Shown here: positions 12,046 through 23,309 of the stretch, piece after piece
Numbering within the stretch: position 1 is the stretch's first letter
Layout of the letters: each line of letters opens with the position of its first letter
Assembly (NCBI RefSeq): GCF_036971445.1
Contig: NC_091482.1
Coordinates: forward strand, 69,006,001-69,070,000
Source: Narcine bancroftii
Taxonomy: Eukaryota
Length of the DNA stretch: 64,000 bases
Direction of reading: 5' to 3'
The notes under the pieces: generated by a model
Told to the model about the DNA's origin: nothing
Database searches by the model: none
The model's input: the letters and a program-made list of their open reading frames with translations, nothing else
Program-made: the position numbers and the translations under genes

Positions 12046-12574
12046 GTAACTCTGTCTCCTCCAAATCAGAAGGTAATCATCGTCATTGCCATTTCACTCT
12101 AACACTATGAATGTGGAATTGAATCACCTTTTGGAAGACGAATTAAAATGCAATCTCTTTAGTCTACTTGGGTGAGTTACAAACTGTCAAGGCAAAGACT
12201 TGAGAATGAAATTCCATTTATATAGCAATATGAATTACAGAGGCAGAAAAATGGCAACAAGTCAATCAAAGAAACATTTGGTGAGCTGACAAAAATTGGT
12301 CCTTAAAAGGAGAGAGAGATGGAGTGGCCAAGAGTGCTGTCCAAGTAATTCCAGACTCTTGATGGAGGATGGGTTAAAGTGAGGTCAATGTACAAGACTA
12401 ACATCTTTATATTTGTCAGGGATTGTAGGTTGAGGGAGACTGGAGGAATAATACAATGAAGGGATTTAAATGAATGAACAATTTTAAATGTAAGTCTTTG
12501 GTAAATCAGGTTAATGTCAGTCCATGTAGGACTAAGATTATAATGGACAACAATCTTTTATCAAAAAGTTTGCA

Positions 12575-13281
12575 TCTGAAAAAAAAATTGGGGATTATGA
12601 TGGACAACTTCAAGATAAACACCGAGATAGTTTCAGATTTCTGTATCACGTGGGAAGTTTGAGAAACATTCACTGAACTTTTATTGAATTTAGCATGTTT
12701 AATCATATAATGTACCCCTGAGCCAAGCTCTCAGGTTGACTGCACATGTTACACAACAATAGAGTTTGTCTTGGTCACCAATTTTACAACTGAAGTGGAG
12801 CTCATCGGCTTTCTTTATAAGTGCTTCGTCTGAGCCTTAAGCACATACTCACCACAAATTTAACACAATGTATCACAGCTGTTGAGACATTGACAAGACC
12901 TTTCTACTGTATTGAATCTTCGCGAAGACAATAAATGCTATTGCTAAGTATACTCGCGATGCTATTGCTTGAAGAACATGTGCATCCACATGTGTTCAAT
13001 CTAAAAAAAAATCAATGTAATGCACAGCATCTGTATATGTGAGCTGCTTTTATAGCCTGCCTGCATCTATCCTGACTGAACATGCCCAGGTCTAAGACAA
13101 CATTAACATAGCACCTGCACTGAGTGCATGGCCAGGCAGGCTTGGACTGACCAAAATTGGACTGGAAACCACACCAAGAAAAATGATCTAAAAAACGGTA
13201 TGTGATAGGAAAAATTTTTGTGATCAGCAGTCCAAAATCCATTAAAAAGTGTTCAGGAAGCAAAATATTCATTGTTCAGTT
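12575..13281 (-). mobile_element. Internally deleted Chapaev3-like DNA transposon retaining the transposase N-terminus
   Basis: Minus strand 12710-12898 reads SCQCLNSCDTLC*ICGEYVLK / IKKADELHFSCKIGDQDKLYCCVTCAVNLRAWLRGT. Both subterminal regions align with the element at 62819-63378. Ends TTGTTCAGT. Confidence 0.7.
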
Positions 13282-13749
13282 TAGTTGGGTTCAGTCAAAT
13301 GCTGCAAAACCTGCTGAACTTGCTATTTCTTTTATAAGGCTCGCTCTGCAGGCAGAGTGGAATTGGAGCTGGGCTAAGTCCCCTCCACGTGTCGAATGGG
13401 TAGAACGAATGGAGACGACACCAAGGATGTGAAGAGACTTTGAACGGTCGTCCTTTTTGTAAAGAATGAAATCTATTTTGGAGGGGAAAAGAATTGCACA
13501 GCCTAACGTTCCCTCTGCAGGCAAAGTGGGATTGGTGCAGGGTTAGGCTCCCTCTCCATGCAGAAGGCTTTTAAAACCAAAAATAGACTTTATTTACATT
13601 GAATTATTTACAAAATGAAACATTCTCAGTCCCTTCGCACCCTTTCCCCCCTCAAACCACAGAGATGGGGTGGGGGGGGGGGGTAAGGACAAGGTGCCAC
13701 AATGTCGAGAGGAGGTGAGTGCTCACTGATGGAGGTAGGTGCAGGCTCC

Positions 13750-14500
13750 CACTCCCTCACAGGCCGAGCGCGGTTGGTGCAGGGTGACAGGCGCCGTGGC
13801 TGCAGGCCCAGCACACGCTGCCTTCTGGAACTCCGTCCCAGTGGAAGAACTCCGCTTCCTTCAATAGCAACCTGATACTGACCGGATACTCCGGGGCCAT
13901 TACTGGTCTGCCACACGAGACGCGGGAGTGGTGCATTGTGGGCTCGGCAGCCGGTCCGCCGGCTGAGCGGCGGGAGTGGTGCATTGTGGGCTTGGCAGCC
14001 GGTCCGCCGGCTGAGCGGCGGGAGTGGTGCATTGTGGGCTAGGGCTGCCGGTCCGCCGGCTGAGCGGCGGGAGTGGTGCATTGTGGGCTAGGGCTGCCGG
14101 TCCTCCGGCTGAGCGGCGGGAGTGCTGCATTGTGGGCTAGGGCTGCCGGTCCTCCGGCTGAGCGGCGGGAGTGGTGCATTGTGGGCTAGGGCTGCCGGTC
14201 CTCCGGCGAGCGGCGGGAGTAGAGTGGATGAGGCATCGGTTGCTGGTCCGCCGGGTAAACGCCGGACGGGTGAGTTCTGGCCACAAACTAAAAGTTGAGC
14301 CGGGCTGCGAGCAGGAGGCTTGGCTTTAGTGCGGCGGCGAGGGCGGGACATGGAGCGCATGGATGCCCCTGGCAACGGTTGCTCCTGTGAACAGGACACG
14401 CTCCCCTGGTATGGCCTGGCCTGGCCTGGCATAGAGTGGCGTGACGTGGCATTGCCTACCCTGGCATGGGCTGGCCTGGTGTGGCGCGACATGGTGTGGC
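13750..14500. promoter_or_regulatory. CpG island; candidate DET1 promoter and non-coding first exon
   Basis: The only extended CpG-rich block upstream of DET1. Strong + strand donor CGG|GTGAGT after 14269 (another GAG|GTGAGT after 13714). DET1's first coding exon has an acceptor at 18458, so an upstream exon is expected. Confidence 0.45.
13922..14220. repeat. GC-rich minisatellite, 46-49 bp unit, about 6 copies
   Basis: Unit GCGGGAGTGGTGCATTGTGGGCTAGGGCTGCCGGTCC(G/T)CCGGCTGAGCG. Confidence 0.95.
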
Positions 14501-14830
14501 ATGGTCTACCCTGGCATGGGCTGGCCTGGCTTGGTCTGGCCTGGCATGGTCTACCCTGGCATGGCCTACCCTGGCATGGTCTACCCTGGCATGGGCTGGC
14601 CTGGTGTGGCATTGCCTACCCTGGCATGGTCTACCCTGGCATGGTCTACCCTGGCATGGCCTACCCTGGCATGGCCTACCCTGGCATGGGCTGGCCTGGT
14701 GTGGCATTGCCTACCCTGGCATGGTCTACCCTGGCATGGTCTACCCTGGCATGGTCTACCCTGGCATGGTCTACCCTGGCATGGTCTACCCTGGCATGGG
14801 CTGGCTTGGCTTGGTCTGGCCTGGCGTGGC
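14402..14830. repeat. Minisatellite, 15-bp unit CTACCCTGGCATGGT with CTGGC 5-mer interruptions
   Basis: Direct reading; 5-aa periodicity in the ORF track. Confidence 0.95.
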
Positions 14831-14858
14831 ACGATATGGCCATGATGACTGTTTAAAG

Positions 14859-14990
14859 AAGTGGTTCTCAACCTTTTTCCTTCTACTCGTATATCACTAT
14901 AAGTATTTCTTAGGCCATAGGTGCTCTGGAATTAGTAAGGGATTGCTTAAGGTGGTGTGTGTATGGAAAGAAAAAGGTTGAGAACCACTG
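14859..14990. mobile_element. hAT (Charlie-like) MITE, 132 bp
   Basis: Terminal inverted repeats (TIRs) AGTGGTTCTCAACCTTTTT / AAAAAGGTTGAGAACCACT; 8-bp TSD GTTTAAAG (14851-14858) / GTCTAAAG (14991-14998). Confidence 0.88.
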
Positions 14991-15556
14991 GTCTAAAGGG
15001 AGGGGGGGGAGAGTACAAAAGAGATATGTAAGGTAACATACAGACTGGGATCCATTTATGACTGTGATTTGGGGAAATATCTTCACAGTAAACCTTTGGA
15101 ATTCAAGAGGAAGTCAGGGGAACACGACCCAGACTTCATTGATAGGAAAAAGATACAGGAGTCTAAAGGCGAGTACTCAGTAGCACAAGGACAGCTTCTT
15201 CCCTGCTGCCCTCAGATTCTTGAATAATCAGTGAACCAAAGACAGTGCCTTATTTTTTGTGCCCAATTATTGTTTTTATTTTATTTTTTGCAGCAATGTT
15301 ATAAGATGGTTATAATATTTATGTTTGCACTGTGACGCTGCCCCAAAACACCGAATTTCATGACTTGGTCATGACAATAAATTCTGACTGAATTCTCCAC
15401 CTCCTTGGATACAGAGATTCCACTGCAGACAAAAAAAAATTAAAAAGGATTGAAGATGCATGGCATTTGGGGTAGGAAAGCAAAATGTTGTTTAAGGTAG
15501 ATAATCAACCATGACAGAGTATGCTTCAGTAACCAAATAGCCCACTGTGATTCATA

Positions 15557-16310
15557 TTTCAGATTTATTGCCAGAGTACATACATGATATCACATACAAC
15601 CCTCAGATTCTTTTTCTTGCAGGCAAGGCAGAATTACCATTGATTGATAGTACAAAAAATATGCATGTAACTGAAGAAATATAAACAAACTGCAAAAGAG
15701 AGGGGGAAAAAATCAATAAAGTGAGAGCCTTTAAATGAGTCCCCGATTGAGTTTGTTGTTGAGGAGTCTGATGGTGGAGGGAGAGCAGCTGTTCCTGAAC
15801 CTGGTGGTGTGAGTCTTGTGGCACCTATACCTCTTTTTGATGGCAGCAGTGAACAGAGAGCGTGTGCTGGGTAGTGTGGATCCTTGATGATTGCCACTGC
15901 TTTCTGACAGCAGTGTTCTCTATAGATGTTCTCAGTAGTGGGGAGGGTTTTGGCTGTGATGTCCTGGGCTGTGCCCACTATCTTTTGGAGGACTTTACCC
16001 TCAGGGGGCATTGGTATCCCCATGATGCAACTGGTCAACAGTTTCCACCACACATCTGTAGAAATTTGACAAGATTTCTGGTGTCATATCAAACCTCTGT
16101 AAACTCTCGAGGAAGTCGAGGCACTGACGTACTTTTTTCATGATGCCATTGGTATGTTAGGTCCAGTAAAGATCCTCCGAGATAGTGACTCCCAAGGCTT
16201 AAATTTGCTTACCCTTCCCTTCCTGAAGTCAACAATCAGTTCCTTGGTTTGGTGACACTGAGTGCAAGGTTGTTGTGGGTGCACCATTCAACCAAATTTT
16301 CAATCTCCTT
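15557..16310 (-). mobile_element. Rex1/Babar-like LINE 3' fragment
   Basis: KVLQKIVGTAQDITAKTLP...IIKDPHYPAHALCSLLPS (ORF 15634-16053) and the family tail. Confidence 0.8.
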
Positions 16311-17107
16311 CCTGACTGACTGTGTTCCTTGTGTTCTTATTGATTATTTTGTAATCCTCTTGGTTAGAATTAAAGAATTATGTAATTTATATCATATGCT
16401 TCACCTTACTATTTTTCAATCACATTTCCTTGATTCATCTTTCATACCACTCTTATCTGGTGCTCTATGGTCCAGAATGTTTGAATCTGCCGCTGTTAGT
16501 ACAACTTCATACAGACAGCACGGGACTTGAACTCCAGTCCTGATTGCAGATACTGTAAAGGCGTTGCGCTAACAGCTAGCTAACCGTGCCACCTCACAGC
16601 ATTATTTCCAGTTTTAAGCTTTGTTCTACCTTTTATATGTTCCCTTAGGGGTCAATTTCTGTTTTCCGGCATTTTCTGTGGTCTGACAATGGCCAGGTCC
16701 CGACGTTGCTGGATTAAAGAAGTACAATCTGTACTTCCATTATGGCAATGCAATGAAGTGTACACACTCTTCTTGATGCTGTCATCAGGAATGAAAGATA
16801 TATGGGTGCCATAATACTTAAGAACAGTTGCTACCCCTTCACCATCAGACAATCAGAGACTCATTTAAGGACTCTTTTGCACTTTATTTATTACTGAATA
16901 TTTTTTATTGCACAGTCAGTTTGTTTACATTTTTCTCTTTTGTATATGTATCTTTTTCTTGAGACTGCATACAGTTACCGATAAATTGAAATTCTGCCTG
17001 GCCCGCAGCAAAAAGGATCTCAGGATTGGTTTGTGATATCCTGCATGTATTCTGACAATGAATCTGAACTTTAAAATGTGATCCCACAATTTAAAAATGA
17101 AGAATAT

Positions 17108-17345
17108 GTGGTGCGGTTAACATAATGGTTTAGCACAGCACTGTCACAGCGCCTGCAACAGGGGTTCAAGTCCCGCTCTGTCTGTAAGGAGTTTGTACAT
17201 TCTTCCAGTGTCTGCATTTGTTTTCTTCGGGTGCTCTGGTTTCCTTCCACAAGTTCAAAACATACCAGGGGTGTAGGTCAATTGGGTGGGTGTAACTGGG
17301 GGGCTCAGGCTTGGAGGTCGAAAGGGATCTTATTGTACTGAATGT
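17108..17345 (+). mobile_element. tRNA-derived V-SINE/HE1-like SINE
   Basis: GGTTCAAGTCCC B-box followed by CTGTCTGTAAGGAGTTTGTACATT. Confidence 0.8.
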
Positions 17346-18489
17346 ATGTATGTCTTATATTGTTCTTCTTGTTCTATTCTCACCACAGAATAAAATATAT
17401 TTCAATTGTGGGGAACATGTGTGTATGTAATGCCTGAATTATAGTAAGCTTTATATTTGGCTAGCTTGGGAACGAATCAGGGTTTCGACCTGAAACATCA
17501 TTTATTCTTCATTGGGTATTGCCTGACCCGCTAAATTCCTCTAGCAATTAGTTTTTGTTCAAGATTCCAGCATTTCCAGTCTCTTGTGTCTTAATTCGCC
17601 TGCAAACCATTGGTTTGTGCTTATGTATCCACAATTAATTTCCTTAAAGTGGAGTTCATTTTAACAATCCACCCGCTATTAAGATGACAGGAATGAGAAA
17701 TGCTGGCTTAGTTTGTTTCTGTCTTGGGTACATACATAATTTCTATTTAACAACTTGTACCCAGCATTTCATTGATAATTTATGCTCTAAACCTTAATTA
17801 TTGTGCTTACAATAATGCTGAGGAAAATCACTTAAAATGAGTGTAAGATTGTGTGAAATGCTGTACATGCAAATTTTTAGCCAGTCCTGCAATTGCTTTT
17901 GTCGAGAATGCAGCCTGATGTGGTCAGATGCTATGCTGTGTGGCTCCAGATAGGATCATTTCAGGGAGACGGGCAAAAAGTAGGAGCCAAACTAGAGACT
18001 TTTCTCCGATCTCTCTTGTAGAACCTTTTGAGTTGGGTTTAATAAACAGTCAATGTAAAACTTTTTCCTTTTGGAAACAGACTGCAAAAGACATAAATAT
18101 ATAGCAACAGTGCTGGATGTGGAGCAGATCATGAAAATTGTGTCAAATGACTTGCTCTTGAAAGACATTAAAAGAAATGGGTGCATCTTGGATCACTTGG
18201 CACACAATACTCTCTATCTGTTTCCATTTCTGCTGCACTAATGCTTTGCTGTTGAGGTGTTTAGGATTGATTCATTGAGCAATTAAATTTGCAATGTCTA
18301 CTAATTTTATTCAATCTCACCAATAACACTGAGCATGAGGTTTGTATGTCAGGCCATCATAAAATTTGGCCATTGATTTAAGTTATAATGTGTTGTCTTT
18401 GACACTTCTGTCAAAATTCCAGACTGACTTTGATTCCTTTTCAATGTTCTACATTCAGTTGCAAAGTCAACATGTGGTGATGGCTGAGA

Positions 18490-19575
18490 ATGGATGATGA
18501 TGACCCTACCATCAAACCTCGTCGAATTGAGAATCAGAATGTGGTTTACCGTCTGGAGCGACGGAGGATCCATTCGGGCCGGCCAGGTGCTCACTGGTAC
18601 CTGGTGCGATGTCTGCACCAGAACATATTTCCCAACTTCACTGTTGTCAATGTAGAAAAGCCCCCGTGTTTCCTGCGCAAATTTTCTCCCGATGGACGCT
18701 ACTTTATTGCATTTTCCCTGGACCAGACCTCACTGGAGATCTATGAGTATCAGGGCTGCCAGGCAGCTGAGGATCTCCTACAGGGGCATGATGGCGAGAT
18801 CATGTTGAACGGCACCGGCGACCTGCAGTCTGTCAATATCCGGGGGAAACTGTTTGAACGCTTCTTTGTCCTGCTGCATGTGACAAGTGTAGCTTCAAAT
18901 GGAGAGCATCTGAATCGTGAATGCAGTTTGTTCACTGATGACTGCCGATATGTCATTGTTGGGTCTGCTGCTTATCTCCCTGAAGAGCCTCATCCTCTAT
19001 TTTTTGAGGTTTATCGAAACAATGAGTCAGTTACACCAAACCCTCGCTCTCCATTAGAAGATTATTCTCTGCACATCATTGACTTGCACACAGGGAGTCT
19101 CTCCGATACAAGGTCCTTCAAGTGCGACAAAATCATTCTTTCACACAACCAAGGGCTTTACTTGTATAAAAACATCTTGGCTATTCTTTCTGTACAGCAT
19201 CAGACTATCCATGTGTTTCAGGTGACGCCCAAAGGAACTTTTATTGATGTTCGAACAATTGGACGCTTCTGTTACGAAGATGACCTGTTGACCATCTCGG
19301 CTGTGTATCCTGAGGTGCAGGGAGACATGCAGAACCCCACCTCACGACCCTTTAAGGAGAAGACTCTGAACTCTTTAAAGCACAGGTTGCTGGTGTACCT
19401 ATGGCAAAGGGCAGAACACGATGGTAGCGCTGCGGCCAAACGCCACTTTTTTAAGTATTTTGACCAGTTGCAGCAACTGCGTATGTGGAAGATGCAGCTT
19501 CTGGATGAGAATCATCTCCTAATAAAATATACAAGTGAGGACATAGTGACACTCCGGGTGACAGACCCCTCTCAG
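18490..19575 (+). CDS. DET1: DET1 (de-etiolated 1 homolog, CUL4-DDB1-COP1 E3 partner), coding exon 1
   Basis: [27 protein letters not shown]...[23 protein letters not shown]...LRVTDPSQ; acceptor CAG at 18456-18458, donor CAG|GT at 19575; 362 codons. Confidence 0.98.
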
Positions 19576-19629
19576 GTACATAGCCAACATTGCTGTTCCT
19601 CCAGCAGTTTGTGTTTTGCTCCAGATGCT

Positions 19630-21130
19630 AGCACCAATATAACCATATAACAATCACAGCACAGAAGCAGGCCAGTTCAGCCCTTCTAGTCCATGCAGAA
19701 CACTTTCTCCCACCTTGTCCCATTGACCTGCATCCAGCCCGTAACCTTCCATTCCTATCTTGTCCATATACTATCCAACTTTTCTTAAGGTATTAAATTC
19801 GAGCCCTCATCTACCACTTTACCCCGAAGCTCATTTCACACTCCCACGACCCTCTGACTGAAGAAATTCCCCCCTCATGTTTCCCCTCTACTTTTCCCCC
19901 CTCATGTTTCCCCTCTACTTTTCCCCCCTTCAATCTCAATCTACGTCCTCTTGTTTGAATCTCCCCCATTCTCAATGGAAAAGGCCTATCCTCATTTAGT
20001 CTTTCTGCCCCCCCTAATTTTAAATGCCTCTATCAAATCACCCCTCAATCTTCTACACTTCAGGGAATAAAGTCCTAGCCTGTTTAATCTTTCCCTGTAA
20101 CTCAAACCCTTGAAACTCAGGCAACATTCTTGTGTAAACCTTCTCTGCACTCTCTCTATTTTGTTGATATCCTTCCTATAATTCAGCGACCAAAACTGCA
20201 CACAATTTTCCAAATTTGACCTTGCACAACTTCAACATGACATTCTAACTCCTGTACATAACACTCTGATTTATGAGGGCTAACTTACCAAAAGCTTTCT
20301 TCACCACCCTATCTATGTGTGACTCCACTTTCAAGGAATTATGTGCCAGAATTCCTAAATCCCTTGTTCTACTGCACTCCTCAATTGTCTACCATTAATG
20401 TGGATGATCTTTGCTGATTAGTCCTACCAAAATGTAGCACCTCACACTTATCAGTATTAAACTCCATCTTTCTGTCCACTCTTCTAACTGGCTTCTATCC
20501 CACTACAAGCTTTGAAAACCTTCCTCACTGACAACACTCCACCAATCTTAGTATCATCTGCATACTTACGAATCCAATTTACCACCCTATTGTCCAGATC
20601 ATTAATATATATGACAAACAACAATGGATTCAGTACTGATCCCTGAGGCACTCCACTAGTCACTGGCCTCCAATTTGACAATTTTCCACCACTACTCTCT
20701 GCATCTCCCATCCAACCACTGTTGAATTCAGTTCTCTACCTCAACATTAATACCTAATAATTGAACCTTCCTAACTAACCTCTTCTGTGGAACCTTGTCA
20801 AAGGCCTTACTAAAGTCCATACAGCCTTCCCTTCATCAACCTCCTTAGTAACCTCCTCGAAAAATTCTGTAAGATTTGTTAAACATGATCTACCATGTAC
20901 AAAACCATGTGGACTACTCCTAATCAATCCCTGTCCAAATAATTGTAGATTCTATCTCTAAGAACACTCTCTATTAATTTACCTACCATCGACGTCAGAC
21001 TCAGAGGCCTATAATTAAATATTTAGAGCCTTTTTTAAACAATGGAACAACATGAGCTACCCTCCAATCCTCTGGCACATGTCCTATGGCTAAGAACATT
21101 TTAAATATTTCTGTCAGAAGTCCCCGCTAT
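19630..21130 (-). mobile_element. Degraded CR1 LINE (RT and 3' end)
   Basis: NWRPVTSGVPQGSVL..LLFVIYINDLD..KYADDTKIGG and CVQFWS...ERVQRRFT...LGLYSL motifs with stops and frameshifts. Confidence 0.9.
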
Positions 21131-22075
21131 TTCTCTCAGTTATATTAGTCCTATTTTCTGTTTTTCATGTACAGTATTTCCAGCAGTTTTACTGCCAGTA
21201 AAAATCTCCACACCTACATTTTTCACACTTTTTCTCGGTCCTTCCCAACATCTGTCTGAATAATAACTCCTTTGCATACTGAATCCATTGTAAGCCCTGT
21301 ACTGATGAAATTTCATCAACTTGAAACGTGGTCTATTCCTTTCTGACATATACTACCTAACCTGCAGTGTATTTCAGAATTTTCTGTTTTGTATAAATTT
21401 ATTATCACATTTTTCTTGGCATTAGAGGATGCCATTTTACGCACCGAGTCCATGGGTGCTCACAGAGCAGTAATTTCCATTTCCCCAATTATTTCTCTGT
21501 CACCTATCCTCTATGACAAGCTCAAAACTCCCTCTGATTCTCCATCCACTTGCCACATGAGGCACAGTTTACAGTACCCAATTAACCCACTAATTATCTT
21601 TGGGATATGAAAGGAAACTAAAACACCCTGGCAAAACCCACACAATAATAGAGAGAATTTGAAAATTCCAAGAGAAGGTCCTTGAAGTCATGATTAAACC
21701 TAGCTGCCAAGACCAGTGACGCAGCAGCATTAATGATTGTGCTATTGTGTCACCCTAGTTGCTATCTTATTGACACTGCTTTTCATTTTATAGGCTTCTA
21801 GGGAAGGAAAACAAAAATGACTAGTGAAAGTTGAGTAACATCTTTTAAAATACCTTCAGCCTGTCGAGACTCTCTCCGACCATTCTATCTCCTCTGTGTA
21901 TCATGGACACCATTCGTCAAGAGGCAAATGCCTTTGAGTTGTTTCCATGCCTCCAGATACTGAAGTTTCCTTTGGACAGCAGCCTGTGTTAATATTTGAC
22001 AATGTGACTGTTCATGAATTTGTACCTCAATCTAATTTTTTCCTTTTTGTGCATTGTTTCCTCTGCAATCTGCAG

Positions 22076-22266
22076 CCGTCATTCTTTGTTGTTTACAACA
22101 TGGTTACTACTCGAGTTCTGGCTGTGTTTGAGAACACTTGCGACGAACTTTTACAACTGTTTGAAAACTTCTGTGACCTCTATCGAAATGCCACACTGCA
22201 CAGTGAAGCAGTCCAATTTCCATGTTCTGCATCTAGCAATAACTTTGCTAGACAAATCCAACGAAG
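22076..22266 (+). CDS. DET1: DET1 coding exon 2
   Basis: TGCAG|CCG; [39 protein letters not shown]...ARQIQR; donor AG|GTGAGT; 191 nt. Confidence 0.97.
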
Positions 22267-23309
22267 GTGAGTGTTCTTTCTGTTGCCCAAAATATTTCAT
22301 CTTCTATTTCACTTTCTGACTGCATTTTACAGCTGACGGAAAATTAACAATGAACTGGTGAGTTGGATGGTTAGGATCAAAATTATTCCATTTTATTTCA
22401 GGCTGGTGTTTCCTAGATGAGTCAGAGTGAAAATGGAAGCCAAGCCAAAAAAATTACTGGAATTTTTGATCAGTTAGCATGACTAAAAGGCTTATGCAAA
22501 AGCAGGTCTTCTGTATGCATGTTAAACTTTTCAATTTTTTTTTTAAGATGTTTGCAACAGGCTAGTAAAAAGTAGATTTAGTCCATTTGTAAAGCTTGTA
22601 ATTGACAACCAGGGTCCATGGAGTTGATGTAATGAATTAGCAAGGATTTGTTAAAGAATAGAAAATGAAGAGGAAGAAATAGATCTTTTACAGGTTGGTA
22701 GAATTAATGTAATTGTCCAGTCAAGTAAGGAAGGATTCCACGTACCTGTTCCTTAAAACCTGTTGTTTCCTTAAGTTGTCAACTTTCTTATGTAGCTATG
22801 TGTGAGTAGCAAAATTGGATTAATAATATATTTTGAGAATAGCTGAAGAATCAAGACTGAACCCTGTGGCACCTCAGATGTAACAGTTTGGATGTGAGGA
22901 GTCGGTAGTGTTAGAGGTGAGCCCGAAGCAGGTGGTACTTGTTGGTTCCAATCTGAAGGCTGTCAGAATATATATTAATGTGATCTTTTATTATTAATGC
23001 TGAGTGCCACCTGGTTGAAAAGCTGCATCCCATATGAAAGTGGATGGAATGAGGGAAAATGTGCCCTATTGTTTGGGGAAATTTCAGTGGTGTCTTGGCC
23101 ATCATTCTGAATAAATCGAGGAAAGGGTTGATCCTTTGAAATGATATTTTTTTTAATTCTTCTAGTTCCCATTATCTTTCTTGCCTTATTTAGAGACTGG
23201 TAATTGAAAATTGCCTCCTTATCGTTAGAATGCTAGTCTTTAAGATGAATCATTTTTGCTGCTTGCATTATCTGACTGAGTCATGGTTTCTGGCTGTGAA
23301 AGTTTATTA

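Noticed and set aside
13626-14981. Many overlapping repetitive ORFs
   Set aside because: Produced by the 49-bp and 15-bp tandem arrays.
19576-19650. Extension of the DET1 ORF to 386 aa
   Set aside because: Intron read-through past the CAG|GT donor; homology resumes at 22076.
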